A DNA stretch of 64,000 nucleotides. Source: Octopus vulgaris. Its lineage: Eukaryota. Of the stretch, positions 39,226 to 49,798 are shown one piece after another (the stretch's first letter is position 1; every line of letters starts with the position of its first letter). The stretch spans positions 42,594,001-42,658,000 of the forward strand of contig OX597821.1 in the NCBI GenBank assembly GCA_951406725.2, in the 5' to 3' direction. Position numbers and translations under genes: made by a program. The notes under the pieces were generated by a model. That model did not search any database and had not been told where the DNA came from. It saw only the letters and a list, made by a program, of their open reading frames with translations.

Positions 39226-39548
39226 ATGCACAGGCATGGCAGTGTGATAAGAAGTTTGCTTCCCAACCACATGGTTCTGGGTTCAGTCCCACTGCATGGC
39301 ACCTTGGGCTGACCAAAACCTTGTGAGTGGATTTGGTAGATGGAAACTGAAAGAAGCCTGTTGTATATGAGTGTGTGTGTGTGTCCCACCCCTTGACAAC
39401 CGGTGTTAGTGTGTTTACATCCCTACAACTTAGCAGTTCAGCAAAAGAGACCAATAGAATGAATAAGTCCTGAAGTTGAATTGTTCAACTAAAACCTTTC
39501 ATGGTGGTGCCCCAGCATGGCTACACCTGAATGAAACAAGTAAAAGAT
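39226..39548 (+). mobile_element. SINE family A copy
   Basis: Matches the family A consensus with deletions. Confidence 0.8.
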
Positions 39549-39609
39549 ACTATCTGTTATACATCAATTTCTAGCAACTTTATTTTCAATGAAACTTGTA
39601 AATTCTTAC

Positions 39610-39999
39610 CTCAAAAGATCTTTTAAGACCAGTCTTCATTTTTTCTCGATTGCTTATGAAACCACTTTTTTTCTTGCATTCTAATTTAGTCATCATTGTC
39701 TTAAGGAAGAGAACAAGTTTATCTGGAGGGCAGTTAGATAGCATCAGCTGAAGATTTTGGTCTAATACCTTAATGGTGGCTTTGCCATCTTTAAAAAACT
39801 TCTTATGTACTTGGATATTACGCAACATGTAGGTTAAATCTCGTTTGCCAGCAAACAACTTCAGAATAATCTCATTGTATTCATCACGTCCGAGAGACAG
39901 TGTTGTATTTTTGTATTGTACACTTTTTACAACATTACCAAGGGCTGATATCTCTTGCACGGACACCCAACAAATTAAGCTTTGACACTCCAGAGCCAT
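39610..39999 (-). CDS. PIF1: PIF1 coding exon 1 (N-terminal PINT/PH-like domain)
   Basis: Acceptor at 40011, ATG at 39999: MALECQSLICWVSVQE..LSLGRDEYNEIILK..HKKFFKDGKATI..LSNCPPDKLVLFLKTM; joined CDS is 1845 nt = 614 aa + stop. Confidence 0.93.
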
Positions 40000-40229
40000 A
40001 CTTGAAAACACTGAAATAAAAAATCATCATTATTATCATCTTAAATAACCACTTTTTCATGCTAGTATAGTCAGACAGAATTCACTGAGAGATTTTCTAT
40101 AGCCAGATTCACTTCCTCTCACCAACCCTCACCTGTTTTAAAGTATATTAATATTTCCTATGATCCTGCAAACTTAAGCAGCACAATGGCTGGATGTATT
40201 TTCATAGAAATGTTTGTTTGCAATTAGCA

Positions 40230-40420
40230 CACAATGTCAGGACAAAGAGACACAAAAACACATACAAGATGAGTTTTTTTCAGTTTTTGTCTCCCAAATC
40301 CACTCAATAGTCCTTTGGTTAACCCAGAGTTATAATAGAAGACACTTGTTAAAGGTGCCACACAGTAGGACCAAACCCAAAACCATGTGGTTGCGAAGTG
40401 AATTTTCAACCACACCTGTC
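40230..40420 (-). mobile_element. SINE family A 5' part (minus)
   Basis: GAAGACACTTG..AGGTGCCACACAGTAGGAC..AACCATGTGGTTG. Confidence 0.7.
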
Positions 40421-41209
40421 CTATATTCAGCAAGACACTAACTAACAAAGCCTTTGAAAGTAAGAGAGAAAAGAAAGCTGATCCCTTTCAGATTGATAAC
40501 TAAACCTAGAATTACAATATTTATGTAAATTTAAGGTCATGATGTTCATACTTTATTCATGGAAGTGAAATGGATTCAACCAAAAGTCAAAAATATTTCG
40601 TACACTCATTTCACTGGGAGTTTACATGCATTTGACAATACCCACCGGCAACAATGTACCTAGATAAGGACCTAGATACATGGTGCCTTGCTGCACTCAA
40701 GAAGACCCATCCTCCACAGCAGGAGTGTTAAGGCCACAGCCCCTGCTGAAGGGGATTGGCTTGCAAGAGTCTTGATCCAGTGTCACATAAAAAGCACCCG
40801 TGCAAGCATTACATTAAAGGCACCCAGCATACACTGTAAAATGGTTGGTGTTAGGAAGGATGTAGCACAGACTCAGGTGAAATTCCTATCTCCCATTTAT
40901 TATATATATATGTGCATTTGAACGTAGCAGGGAACAGCTAGCCTTTGGCCACTATTTGGATCACGCTGTATTCATGACTCTGATTGGTTGGTATTGGCGC
41001 AGTTTATCCCCTACATGGCTGGGCCAACCTGCTGCAGATAACCGGTCAGGGCTCTAAATAGGATCATGTGGGACAGCCTGTTTACTACCCTGTTTGAGTC
41101 TACAGCTCCTTATAAAACTCTGAGCAAAAAACGGACTTTAAAATGATATATAAAGTCAAAGTAATTTAACGGAAATTAATTTGAAAATTTATCATTTAAA
41201 ACCAAAATT

Positions 41210-41470
41210 TAAAATTCCGCAAGAACTTTCTTGATGTCATACTCTCTCATTCTCTGCTTTGTATTATCATCATTGTTCAGTCCAACCCACCAGACTCTGC
41301 ACTAACCTATACGCTCAGCCTTTTTGTCACAAAACATGTTCCCTCTGGAATTTCCTCCTTGCTCCTATCTTTGCAAGTGTTCACTTACAAAGGCTCAAGA
41401 GGAACACTAATGACATTACTCTTACAGGTCTAGGAGAGCCTGTGTAGACTAGAGATACTACCACTTTCTC
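41210..41470 (+). mobile_element. Decayed CR1/Jockey-type LINE 3' end
   Basis: PFCHKTCSLWNFLLAPIFASVHLQRLKRNTN resembles FF.RT..LWN.LP..VF...L..FK..V. Confidence 0.55.
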
Positions 41471-41780
41471 CATACTCAGCAGGTAAAAAAATTGTTTTTT
41501 GTCCCCACATGTCTTGTATTGTCCCCTTGTGGGAAATTAAAAAAATTCAATTTCTTAGGACATGAATTTAGGAAAATATTTTCAGACGGTCAACCCTTTA
41601 AGAATTGCTTTCTTTTAGTACTTTTAGTAATTGTTACATACCTAATTAATAAGCAGCTTTCTATAGTATAGTAAAGTACAGTATAGTATAGGATGGAGGG
41701 TAGGGATGGATATCCTACTGACTGAGAGTTAATTTGTTGTTGATGAAAATATAAAGAAACAAAGATAGTGAAAAAAATTT

Positions 41781-42140
41781 GCAGGTGTGACAGTGTTGTA
41801 AGAAGCTTGCTTCCGAACCACATGGTTCCGGGTTTAGTTTCACTGTGTGGCACCTTGGGCAAGTGTCTTCTACAGCCTCGGGCCGACCAAACCCTTGTGA
41901 GTGGATTTGGTAGATGAAAACTCAAAAGAGCCCGTCGTGTGTATGCATGTGTGTCCCACCACCGCTTGACAACCGGTGCTGGTGTGTTAACGTCCCCGTC
42001 ACTTAGCGGTTCGGCAAAAAAGCCCGACAGTAAGTCCGGGTTTAAAAAAAAAATAAGTACTGAGGTCGATACATTCGACTAAAATTTCAAGGTGGTACCC
42101 CAGCATGGCCGCAGTCAAATGACTGAAACAAGATAAACAA
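41781..42140 (+). mobile_element. SINE family A copy
   Basis: Consensus head-to-tail match with CpGs retained. Confidence 0.85.
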
Positions 42141-43819
42141 AAAAAAAAAAGATAACCAAGGAATTTCAGAGGAAAAATGTTTTAGAAATTTTGCATCTGA
42201 TGAAGAAGCTTCGGATCAGGACGCCCACATAAGTTGGATTTTCTTCACTTCTTACAGAAAGACCCGTTGTTAGATTAAAAGGATGGTTTTTATTTTTTAT
42301 TTTTTTAGTTCATAACTAAAATTGAAATCACTTTTAATACTTCCCGTTACAAATTACCAAGTGACAGACGGGACACAGCTTTATGTTAACTTCACAAAAC
42401 CTTTAGTACCCGGTCCTTCATAGGAAACTCAGCCCTCATATTTAAAGATATACACAAACTTTTGACACTTCAGATTCATATACTTTATTTCAACAGAGAA
42501 TGGACACCCAAAAATACGGCGTATCTTATTTCCAACTTCATCCTTTTCTTATTAGCACCCGTGAAAAACAGTACAGAGCCAGGCCAAAACCACGAGTCGG
42601 TTTTAATTTCCTTTTAATTCACTTATGACATTAAACGTTAAAGTTACGAGAAAGTAACTATAAAACAGATTTTGAGCTTAATAAATAATTGCCGTCGTGT
42701 TTATAACAGTAATCTCATCCTCCAGATAACTAAAAAAATTATCTGATCAATTAATATTGTTAAATACATTTTGTATGCACTTACATATATCGGGAAATGC
42801 AAACAAAGAAAAGAAAAAGGTAAATTGATTATTAAATATATACATTTGTAATACTGCTTTTTATTTTTATTTATTTTTGAAAATTTAATAACATTTGAAT
42901 TTATGTTTTATTTATTTATTTACGTGGTATTTTCTTTCAAGTTTACGGCCGCAACTATAAGGATCTTCTTTCGGCCCTTTGGCTCACTTATTGGTCATGC
43001 AACTATTTATTTAATGTGAAAGTCACCACCTTCCACAAGAAAACAAATTCAAAACCCTTCTCTTCAAGTACAAAATCACTTAACTTACCGAAAAGTTTAG
43101 TCGGTGTTTTATGTAAACACAACGTGACCCGAGTTCGAAATTTGAAATTATCGCAGCTTCACTTTCCTTCTCTTTCCTTTTCACTCTCGCATTGTTTTGA
43201 TTGGATAAAAGAAACAGTAAATCAGCCAATCAAAAGACGTCCGGTGATAGTCTTGCTTTGCGGTGCTCAGTTACATGCCTTGCTGTTATGGGTTCGAATC
43301 CCAAGGAGATCCACTTTGACTTATGCGCAGTGAGATGACAAAATAAGTAGAACGGAGGCTAGGTTTTTTTTTGCTGTCTTCCCACCACTTGAAGATTTTT
43401 CAAATTTCAATGGATTGTTTTAAATTTCCTACACAGATGTAGTTTTGCATGCAGATGACGAATATTGCATTCATTTCCCCCACCCCAAATAATGATAAAC
43501 AAAATAGAAGCATTTACAGTTATATATTTTTAGCCGATGAAATGAGTCCAATGTCCTCACAAGCGCAAGTCGAAACTAACAATAGGGTACAATAATTCCT
43601 CACGTTCCAAAACTCCCCCGTAATAAGTGAAAATCCGCGAAGCAGAAACAGTACTGGACTGTATATTTTTTTATATTATTTTTATAATTTGTGTATATTA
43701 ATTTTATTATAAATGCAAAACAACACCTCAGAGGATGTAAGCTTAAATAATAAACTGCGATATGGCGAAGGATTACTGTATCGTTGAAAATGAAGACAAA
43801 ATGATCCGTAGGAATTGAT

Positions 43820-44194
43820 TACTCTTTTACTTGTTTCAGTCATTTGACTGCGGCCATGCTGGAGCACCGCCTTTAGTCGAGCAAATCGACCCCGGGACTT
43901 ATTCTTTGTAAGCCCAGTACTTATTCTATCGGTCTCTTTTGCCGAACCGCTAAGTGACGGGGACGTAAACATACCCGCATCGGTTGTCAAGCAATGCTAG
44001 GGGGACAAACACAAACACACGCACACATACATATATACGACAGGCTTCTTTCAGTTTCCGTCTACCAAATCCACTCACAAGGCATTGGTCGGCCCGGGGC
44101 TATAGCAGAAGACACTTTCCCAAGATGTCACGCAGTGGGACTGAACCCGGAACCATGTGGTTGGTTAGCAAGCTACTTACCACACAGCCACTCC
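43820..44194 (-). mobile_element. Full-length SINE family A (minus, young)
   Basis: Closely matches the reverse complement of 27572..27965. Confidence 0.9.
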
Positions 44195-44559
44195 TTTTTT
44201 TAATTTAATGAAAACAAACAAAAAAGAAGCTAGCTTTTTAAAAATGATATAACTTAATGAAAGAAAACAATGATGAAATAATGAATATTTTGTTTTTTAA
44301 ACATCATTTTCACTTTCTATTAACCAAAATCATAGTCACATGTCTTTTGCTCTGGACTTGCCTCTAGAAATAACAGCTGAAAGGAAACGAAAACATGGAC
44401 TGTCAATAAAGGAAAACGTTGAAATTCTGGTTTAAACACCCCATATAAACCCTCATAACATTTTTACTTTTTTTAAATTTTCAGAAAACTTTTGCGAATT
44501 TGTGTTCTGCATACGGGAATTCATGCGATTATGCAAAAACAGAAACAAAAATCCATGTT

Positions 44560-44870
44560 TGATCTATTCCATTTGACGTACAAATTTTTAATTAATTTTT
44601 TTTTTAACTAAACACTTTGAAGCTTCGGATACTGGTAGAATGTGTCACATAGAACAAGAGTTACTCTTAACGATTTTGACAAAATTTTATATTTTAGAAG
44701 TTGTTTCGTGTTAAAGTTGTTGTATTTGGGTAATTTTAACCAATCAATGACGCGTATTTAGCTGAAGAAAATTACTGCTGCTGTTTGCGAACAACTTTCG
44801 GGTCCATTGACAAAACGATGAATGTTCGACACCAGAAAAATTTAAACTGAAAATCTACCCTAACAAAACC
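44560..44870. mobile_element. Decayed single arm of the GGATC-terminal foldback family
   Basis: GATCTATTCCATTTGA..AACTAAACACTTTGAAGCTTCGGATACTGGTAGAATGTGTC is homologous to the arm starting at 44916. Confidence 0.65.
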
Positions 44871-44915
44871 CCTCTTCAATAACCAGAGGTGTGTTTATAG
44901 CAACATATATGAGAA

Positions 44916-46771
44916 GGATCTTTTCCATTTGAACGGCAGATGTCAACACAATCTCTAGTTAACTAAACACTTTTAAACTTCGTATACTGGTAGAATGTGT
45001 TTATAAAACATCATTTTCTCTTGGTTTTATTGAGAAAATTCTATAGTTTGTAAGATATTTCGTCTGAAAATCCGAGCATTTCGGCAATTTTAACCAATCG
45101 ATTACCTCCATTCAACTAAAATCATTTGCTGCGTCTAAAACTGAGACAACATCCTGTAACTAACCCTAAACCTCCCCCCTAACCCTAACCCTAATTTTTT
45201 TCTTAATTGTTAAACTAATTTAATTCCATTGCTTTAGTTTTTTTTACACGCGTAATAATTAAATTAATTTAACAATTAAGAAAAAAAAATTTAGGGGGGT
45301 TTAGGGTTAGTTACAGGATGTTGTCTCAGTTTTAGACGCAGCAAATGATTTTAGCTCAAAAGATAGCATAGGATTGGTTAAAATTCGAAAAATTAAACTA
45401 CGTTAAACAAACAAATTACAATTTTCTCAGGAAAGCCAAGAGAAAAAGTGGGATCTTTTCCTTTTGATGGACGGAATTCAACACAATTTCTAGTTAACTA
45501 AACAATTTGAAACTTCGTATGCTGGTAGAATGTGTCAAAAGAAAACATTATTTTCACTTGGCTTTTTTGAAAAAATTGTAATTTGTAAGTTTAACGTAGT
45601 TTAATTCTTCGAATTTAACCAATGAATTGCCAGCATTTGAGCTCAAATCATTTGCTGCGTCTAAAAACTCAGACAACATCCTGTTGCAACGTAAACAGCA
45701 CACACACACGTGTTATTCATCCTTATCTCTTCTGTCTGTCTCGCTCATCGATATTGATAAACAAAGGAGGCATGTGCTAGAAATAACAGCCATATCTCTT
45801 AAATCGATGAATTTCGTCGCCCAATAAAAATATTAACGATATTTTTTGCATATTTTCTTTATTTTTTTTTACCGAAAAGGTTTCTCCCATGGTTTTGAAG
45901 GGCCAAAAGCAACGAAAACAAAACAATAATATGCCTAAATCGGTCTAGAGTGGGATATGAGGGTGCACGTGGAGTGTGGGTCATATTGTAAAAATTTGCA
46001 AAATATTTTTTCATAAAAGGATGCCCCAGCTTGTCGGAGGCTGTGATATAAATTGGGAAAAAATCCTCGACACCAGTGCGTAATTGGTACTTAATTTATC
46101 GACCCCGAAACGATGAAACATTGATCCCCCAGACAAAAGTATTAAGTCGATTCTATCGACACCAGTGCGAACTCACGAACGTGTATGTATGCTTGTGTGC
46201 GTATGTGTGTGTATGTATATCTCCGTTTGTATATAAGCGTACACACACATACACATTGCGAAATGTGAACTGTCAATGTGTATGTGTGTGTACGCTTATA
46301 TATTAATTACTATGTGCTTGTGCAAATGTATATGCATGTGTTTGAGAGAGAGAGAGACAGACAGACAGAGTGTGTGTGTGTGTGTGCAAGTGTACGTGTG
46401 TATGTATCTGAATATATGTGTGTGTATGCAGCGTGCGTCTCCTCGTTTGTTTATCAATATCGATAACGCAGCAAATGATTCGAGCTCAAATGCTGGCAAT
46501 TCATTGGTTAAATTCGAAGAATTAAACTACGTTAAACTTACAAATTACAATTTTCTCAAAAAAGCCAAATAAAAATAATGTTTTCCTTTGACACATTCTA
46601 CCAGTATACGAAGTTTCAAATTGTTTAGTTAACTAGAAATTGTGTTGAATTCCGTCCATCAAAAGGAAAAGATCCAAAAAAATGTTTTATTTTGACACAT
46701 TCTACCAGTATACGAAGTTTTAAAGTGTTTAGTTAACTAGAAATTGTCTGCCGTTCAAAAGGAAAAGATCC
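44916..46771. mobile_element. Non-autonomous foldback DNA transposon (outer copy), palindromic, with internal TAACCC repeats
   Basis: Termini GGATCTTTTCCATTTGAACGGCAGA and TCTGCCGTTCAAAAGGAAAAGATCC; ATGAGAA duplicated on both flanks; 45117-45172 is the exact reverse complement of 45298-45353. Confidence 0.85.
45451..46675. mobile_element. Same-family element nested in the right arm of the outer copy, ~210-bp TIRs
   Basis: 45451-45660 is inverted relative to 46466-46675; flanks GAAAAAGTG / AAAAAAATG; interior holds a SINE B fragment and (TG)n. Confidence 0.85.
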
Positions 46772-46840
46772 ATGAGAATGTATCCATTTATCTATCTATC
46801 TCTATGTCTGTCTGTCTATTTATCTGTTTGTCTGTCTGTG

Positions 46841-47520
46841 CGACTTCATTACAACAAAGGCATTCTATAGAAGATTAGTGGAGGGGAGGTGCGACGACGT
46901 TCCCGAGCAGAATTTGGGCATCGACGAGGAACACCTGACCCGCCTGTTCAGGACAACTTTCGGGCCGGGACCTATGGACAATCACCAAAGATCCCTGGCT
47001 TGGCAGTGCTATCAAGAAGGATTATATGTTCGGGATAAGCTCTACAAGCACAGTTCGAGACACACCGGACCGACTTGCACGAGATGCGGCCAGGGCGACG
47101 AAACCGTTCTGCACGCACTCGTGCAGTATCCAACCGTTTCGGACTTGTGGGCTTATGCCGAATGGCTGCTGTCACGTGTGGGACGAGTCCGCCTGTCGGA
47201 CAAGTCTATCGTGACAATTGCTCCGCCACCTTCCCTCAACCGGGAAGGCAAGGCAGTCTTTATTGTACTGGTGGCCATGGTAAAAGAATGTGTGTGGTGG
47301 ACTCGAGCGAAAGGATTAGAGACAAACACTTACCTCTCTGGCCAATCGATCATCAACTTTTTCAAGTACCACTTGAAAGGGAAGGTGAGAATGGAGAGGC
47401 AGGTTTTGTCTCGTAAAAATTTCAAAAAAAAAGTGTGAATGTAGCAAAGATGGTGCGTGTGAGCGTCAAAACCACTTTGAGCATGATCCTTCAAATCGAA
47501 AAAGGAGAGAGAGAGAGAGC
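46841..47520 (+). mobile_element. 5'-truncated L1/Tx1-clade LINE, ORF2 C-terminal zinc-knuckle region
   Basis: ORF 46878..47438 has CTRCGQGDETVLHALVQY (degenerate C-x2-C..ET..H...C zf-RVT); GC-rich, ends in a (GA)n tail. Confidence 0.8.
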
Positions 47521-48402
47521 AAAGCTGTGTGATAGTGGTGTCGGATGTGACATGCAGACCATCATATAACTTGTTAAACATATATCTTATGTGATGTCTC
47601 AATGGTGCCCCTTACCTACTCCTTTTTTATGGTCTTTAGCAATACATTGGTACCAGGAAAGTGTCCATGAACTGAATAATGTAGAATTTGAATTTCTAAT
47701 AATTATATTTAAGTCATATAATAAACTGTATCTTTGCTGTTCAAGTTCAGTTGATTTAAGAAAACCAGAATTGATAAAAGTGTTATTAATCTGACATAAG
47801 TTAGCAGTGGCAATGGTGACTGTAGTGTGAATGATCAAATCCAACAACTACTGATGGGTTGACAGATTTAACAGTTGAACTGAATTTTTTCAGTTTATGA
47901 ACAATATTCTCAGTTGTGAGGGACGACAATGGACAACACCAGATAAATTTCTAGTTAGAATACCATTAATATCTGCAACAAATTTAATGATAATATAAAA
48001 TATATCAATATCCTCTGGTTGCTTATAGTTGTTAAAATTATTGCACCTCGAGTCCCTGACAAAAGCACGCAGGTTCTGCATTTGGGATTTTGTGAGAATT
48101 CATTTGCTATTTTCAGTTTTACGAATCCAGTGCGCATTGCGTTTTCATACTTCTCTTTCCGGTTCTTACTCAAAACTGTTTACAAGCCACAACCGTCTCA
48201 CGGACCTGCGGTCGGGAGGAGCGCTGATAGTTGCGAAATAATGAGAACAAATAGTTTCGACTTCCGCTGTAAGGACAGTGGCTAAAAAATCATTGACTAA
48301 AATTACGTAAATTTAACTGTTTCTAACGTCTTATTACAAAATTTTCAAAATACTGATTTCGTTAATACAGTTCTATATGTAAGAGATTAGGAATTTCCCC
48401 AA

Positions 48403-48448
48403 GACACCTGATGAAGGCTAGAGGGTACATAAGCCGAAACGTTGTGTT
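48403..48448 (+). ncRNA. Minimal type-I hammerhead ribozyme (Penelope-like-element type)
   Basis: GACAC-CTGATGA-A-GGCT(12-nt loop)AGCC-GAAA-CG-TT-GTGTT: full catalytic core, stems I and II, palindromic ACGT stem III, GUU cleavage triplet. Confidence 0.75.
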
Positions 48449-49366
48449 AACAACAAACAAGATGAGGACAAATGTCCGTCAAATGTAAATAATGTTAGTT
48501 AATTCGTTATTCGTCATCAGCTTGCATAGCTATATCAAAAATGCATTTTTAAAAAAGAAAATTCAGAATTAAAACTTGTGGTTTGAAGAAAACGAAAAAA
48601 GTCCTGACAGTTCACATTTCGCAATTTGGTTTTATCCACTACACTTTCACTAGTATTAACTTCTGTAAAGGCAGTTAACAGTGTTTGCGCTCCCCGATAA
48701 ATAAATAAATTCAAAGCAACAGAAATTACGTATTTATTTTGGGTTTTAAGTTCGAATCTCACTCCATATTTTGAGTTCACATTTCTAAATCAAAATTCTC
48801 AAAACTGTCCTCTATTTATGATTAAATATTTTAAACTTAAACCTTACATACATTTGTTAGCGAACATCAAGATCAGGTTTCTATTCCTACTTTAACTGGC
48901 TGTTTTTATGTAAGTTAGGTCGCTAATGGAAAAACACATCAACGAAGGATCTTCTATGTCGTTCAACTTTGTCAGAAATAGCACCAAAAATCCTTCAAAT
49001 ACAAGGCTTTCGTCTCAAAAAATCCCCCCCAAAACAAGTACATATTTGGTCATGTATGCTGAAAAATATACACTGATTTGAGAAAAGAAAGACGCGAAAG
49101 TTATAGCTAGATTTATTTTGATCATAGATCTTGAACAACAGAGTAGGTGTGGAATAACAACATGGTAGCCTTTAATTTCTCATTTCCTACAAATGGGAGG
49201 TGGGACTAAATTTTATACCTAACCAGAAGATAAATATCCCGGAATTCCAGTACTCGTGCATTCCAAAATAGTTTACACCGTGTAAAATATCAATAGTGAA
49301 TTTGACAGATGTGAATGGATCCTTTGTTCTCACATTGGCAAGAATTATTGAGAACAAACTCTTACC

Positions 49367-49578
49367 ATGACATCTTTTGGATGGAAGAGAAAAATAGGAG
49401 AAAAAGTGAGCAGGTCTGTATCGACTGTTTTCCAGCCAGATGAAACAGACGAGGACAATTTTGACGATGAGGTGGACTGGCTTACTCTGGCCCCGAAACG
49501 GAGCTTGATCCTTGAAGATGCAGTCATCAAAAGTGCACGATTGAAGGAAGAAGGAACGACGTTGTGTGAAGCAGAGAG
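49367..49578 (+). CDS. TTC33: Tetratricopeptide repeat protein 33, coding exon 1
   Basis: MTSFGWKRKIGEKVSRSVSTVF..DWLTLAPKRSLILEDAVIKSARLKEEGTTLCEAER; the N-terminal SFGWKRKIGEKVS is characteristic of TTC33; phase-2 donor at 49579. Confidence 0.93.
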
Positions 49579-49734
49579 GTGATATAATAATCCAACACCC
49601 TCTTCCAATTTTCCGCTTTGTAAACAATAAGTTGCGTCACGGTGTTTTGTTTTGTCCCAGCGGAGTTTCCAGCGAGGAGTCGCTCTCCCGACAGGAACCA
49701 AATTCGATTAATATAGAATTTAATCCCGTTTCAT

Positions 49735-49746
49735 TTATTATTATTA

Positions 49747-49796
<50 letters not shown>
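49735..49796. repeat. (ATT)n microsatellite
   Basis: Directly visible. Confidence 0.95.

Positions 49797-49798
<2 letters not shown>

Noticed and set aside
19319-39999. PIF1-like exons as a Helitron RepHel transposase
   Set aside because: The gene has the metazoan PIF1 N-terminal domain, no Rep/HUH motifs, ten spliceosomal introns and an intact 614-aa frame, so it is the cellular gene
42195-42225. CTGATGAAGAAGCTTCGGATCAG as a hammerhead or C/D snoRNA
   Set aside because: No GAAA after the stem, and no convincing box D or terminal stem
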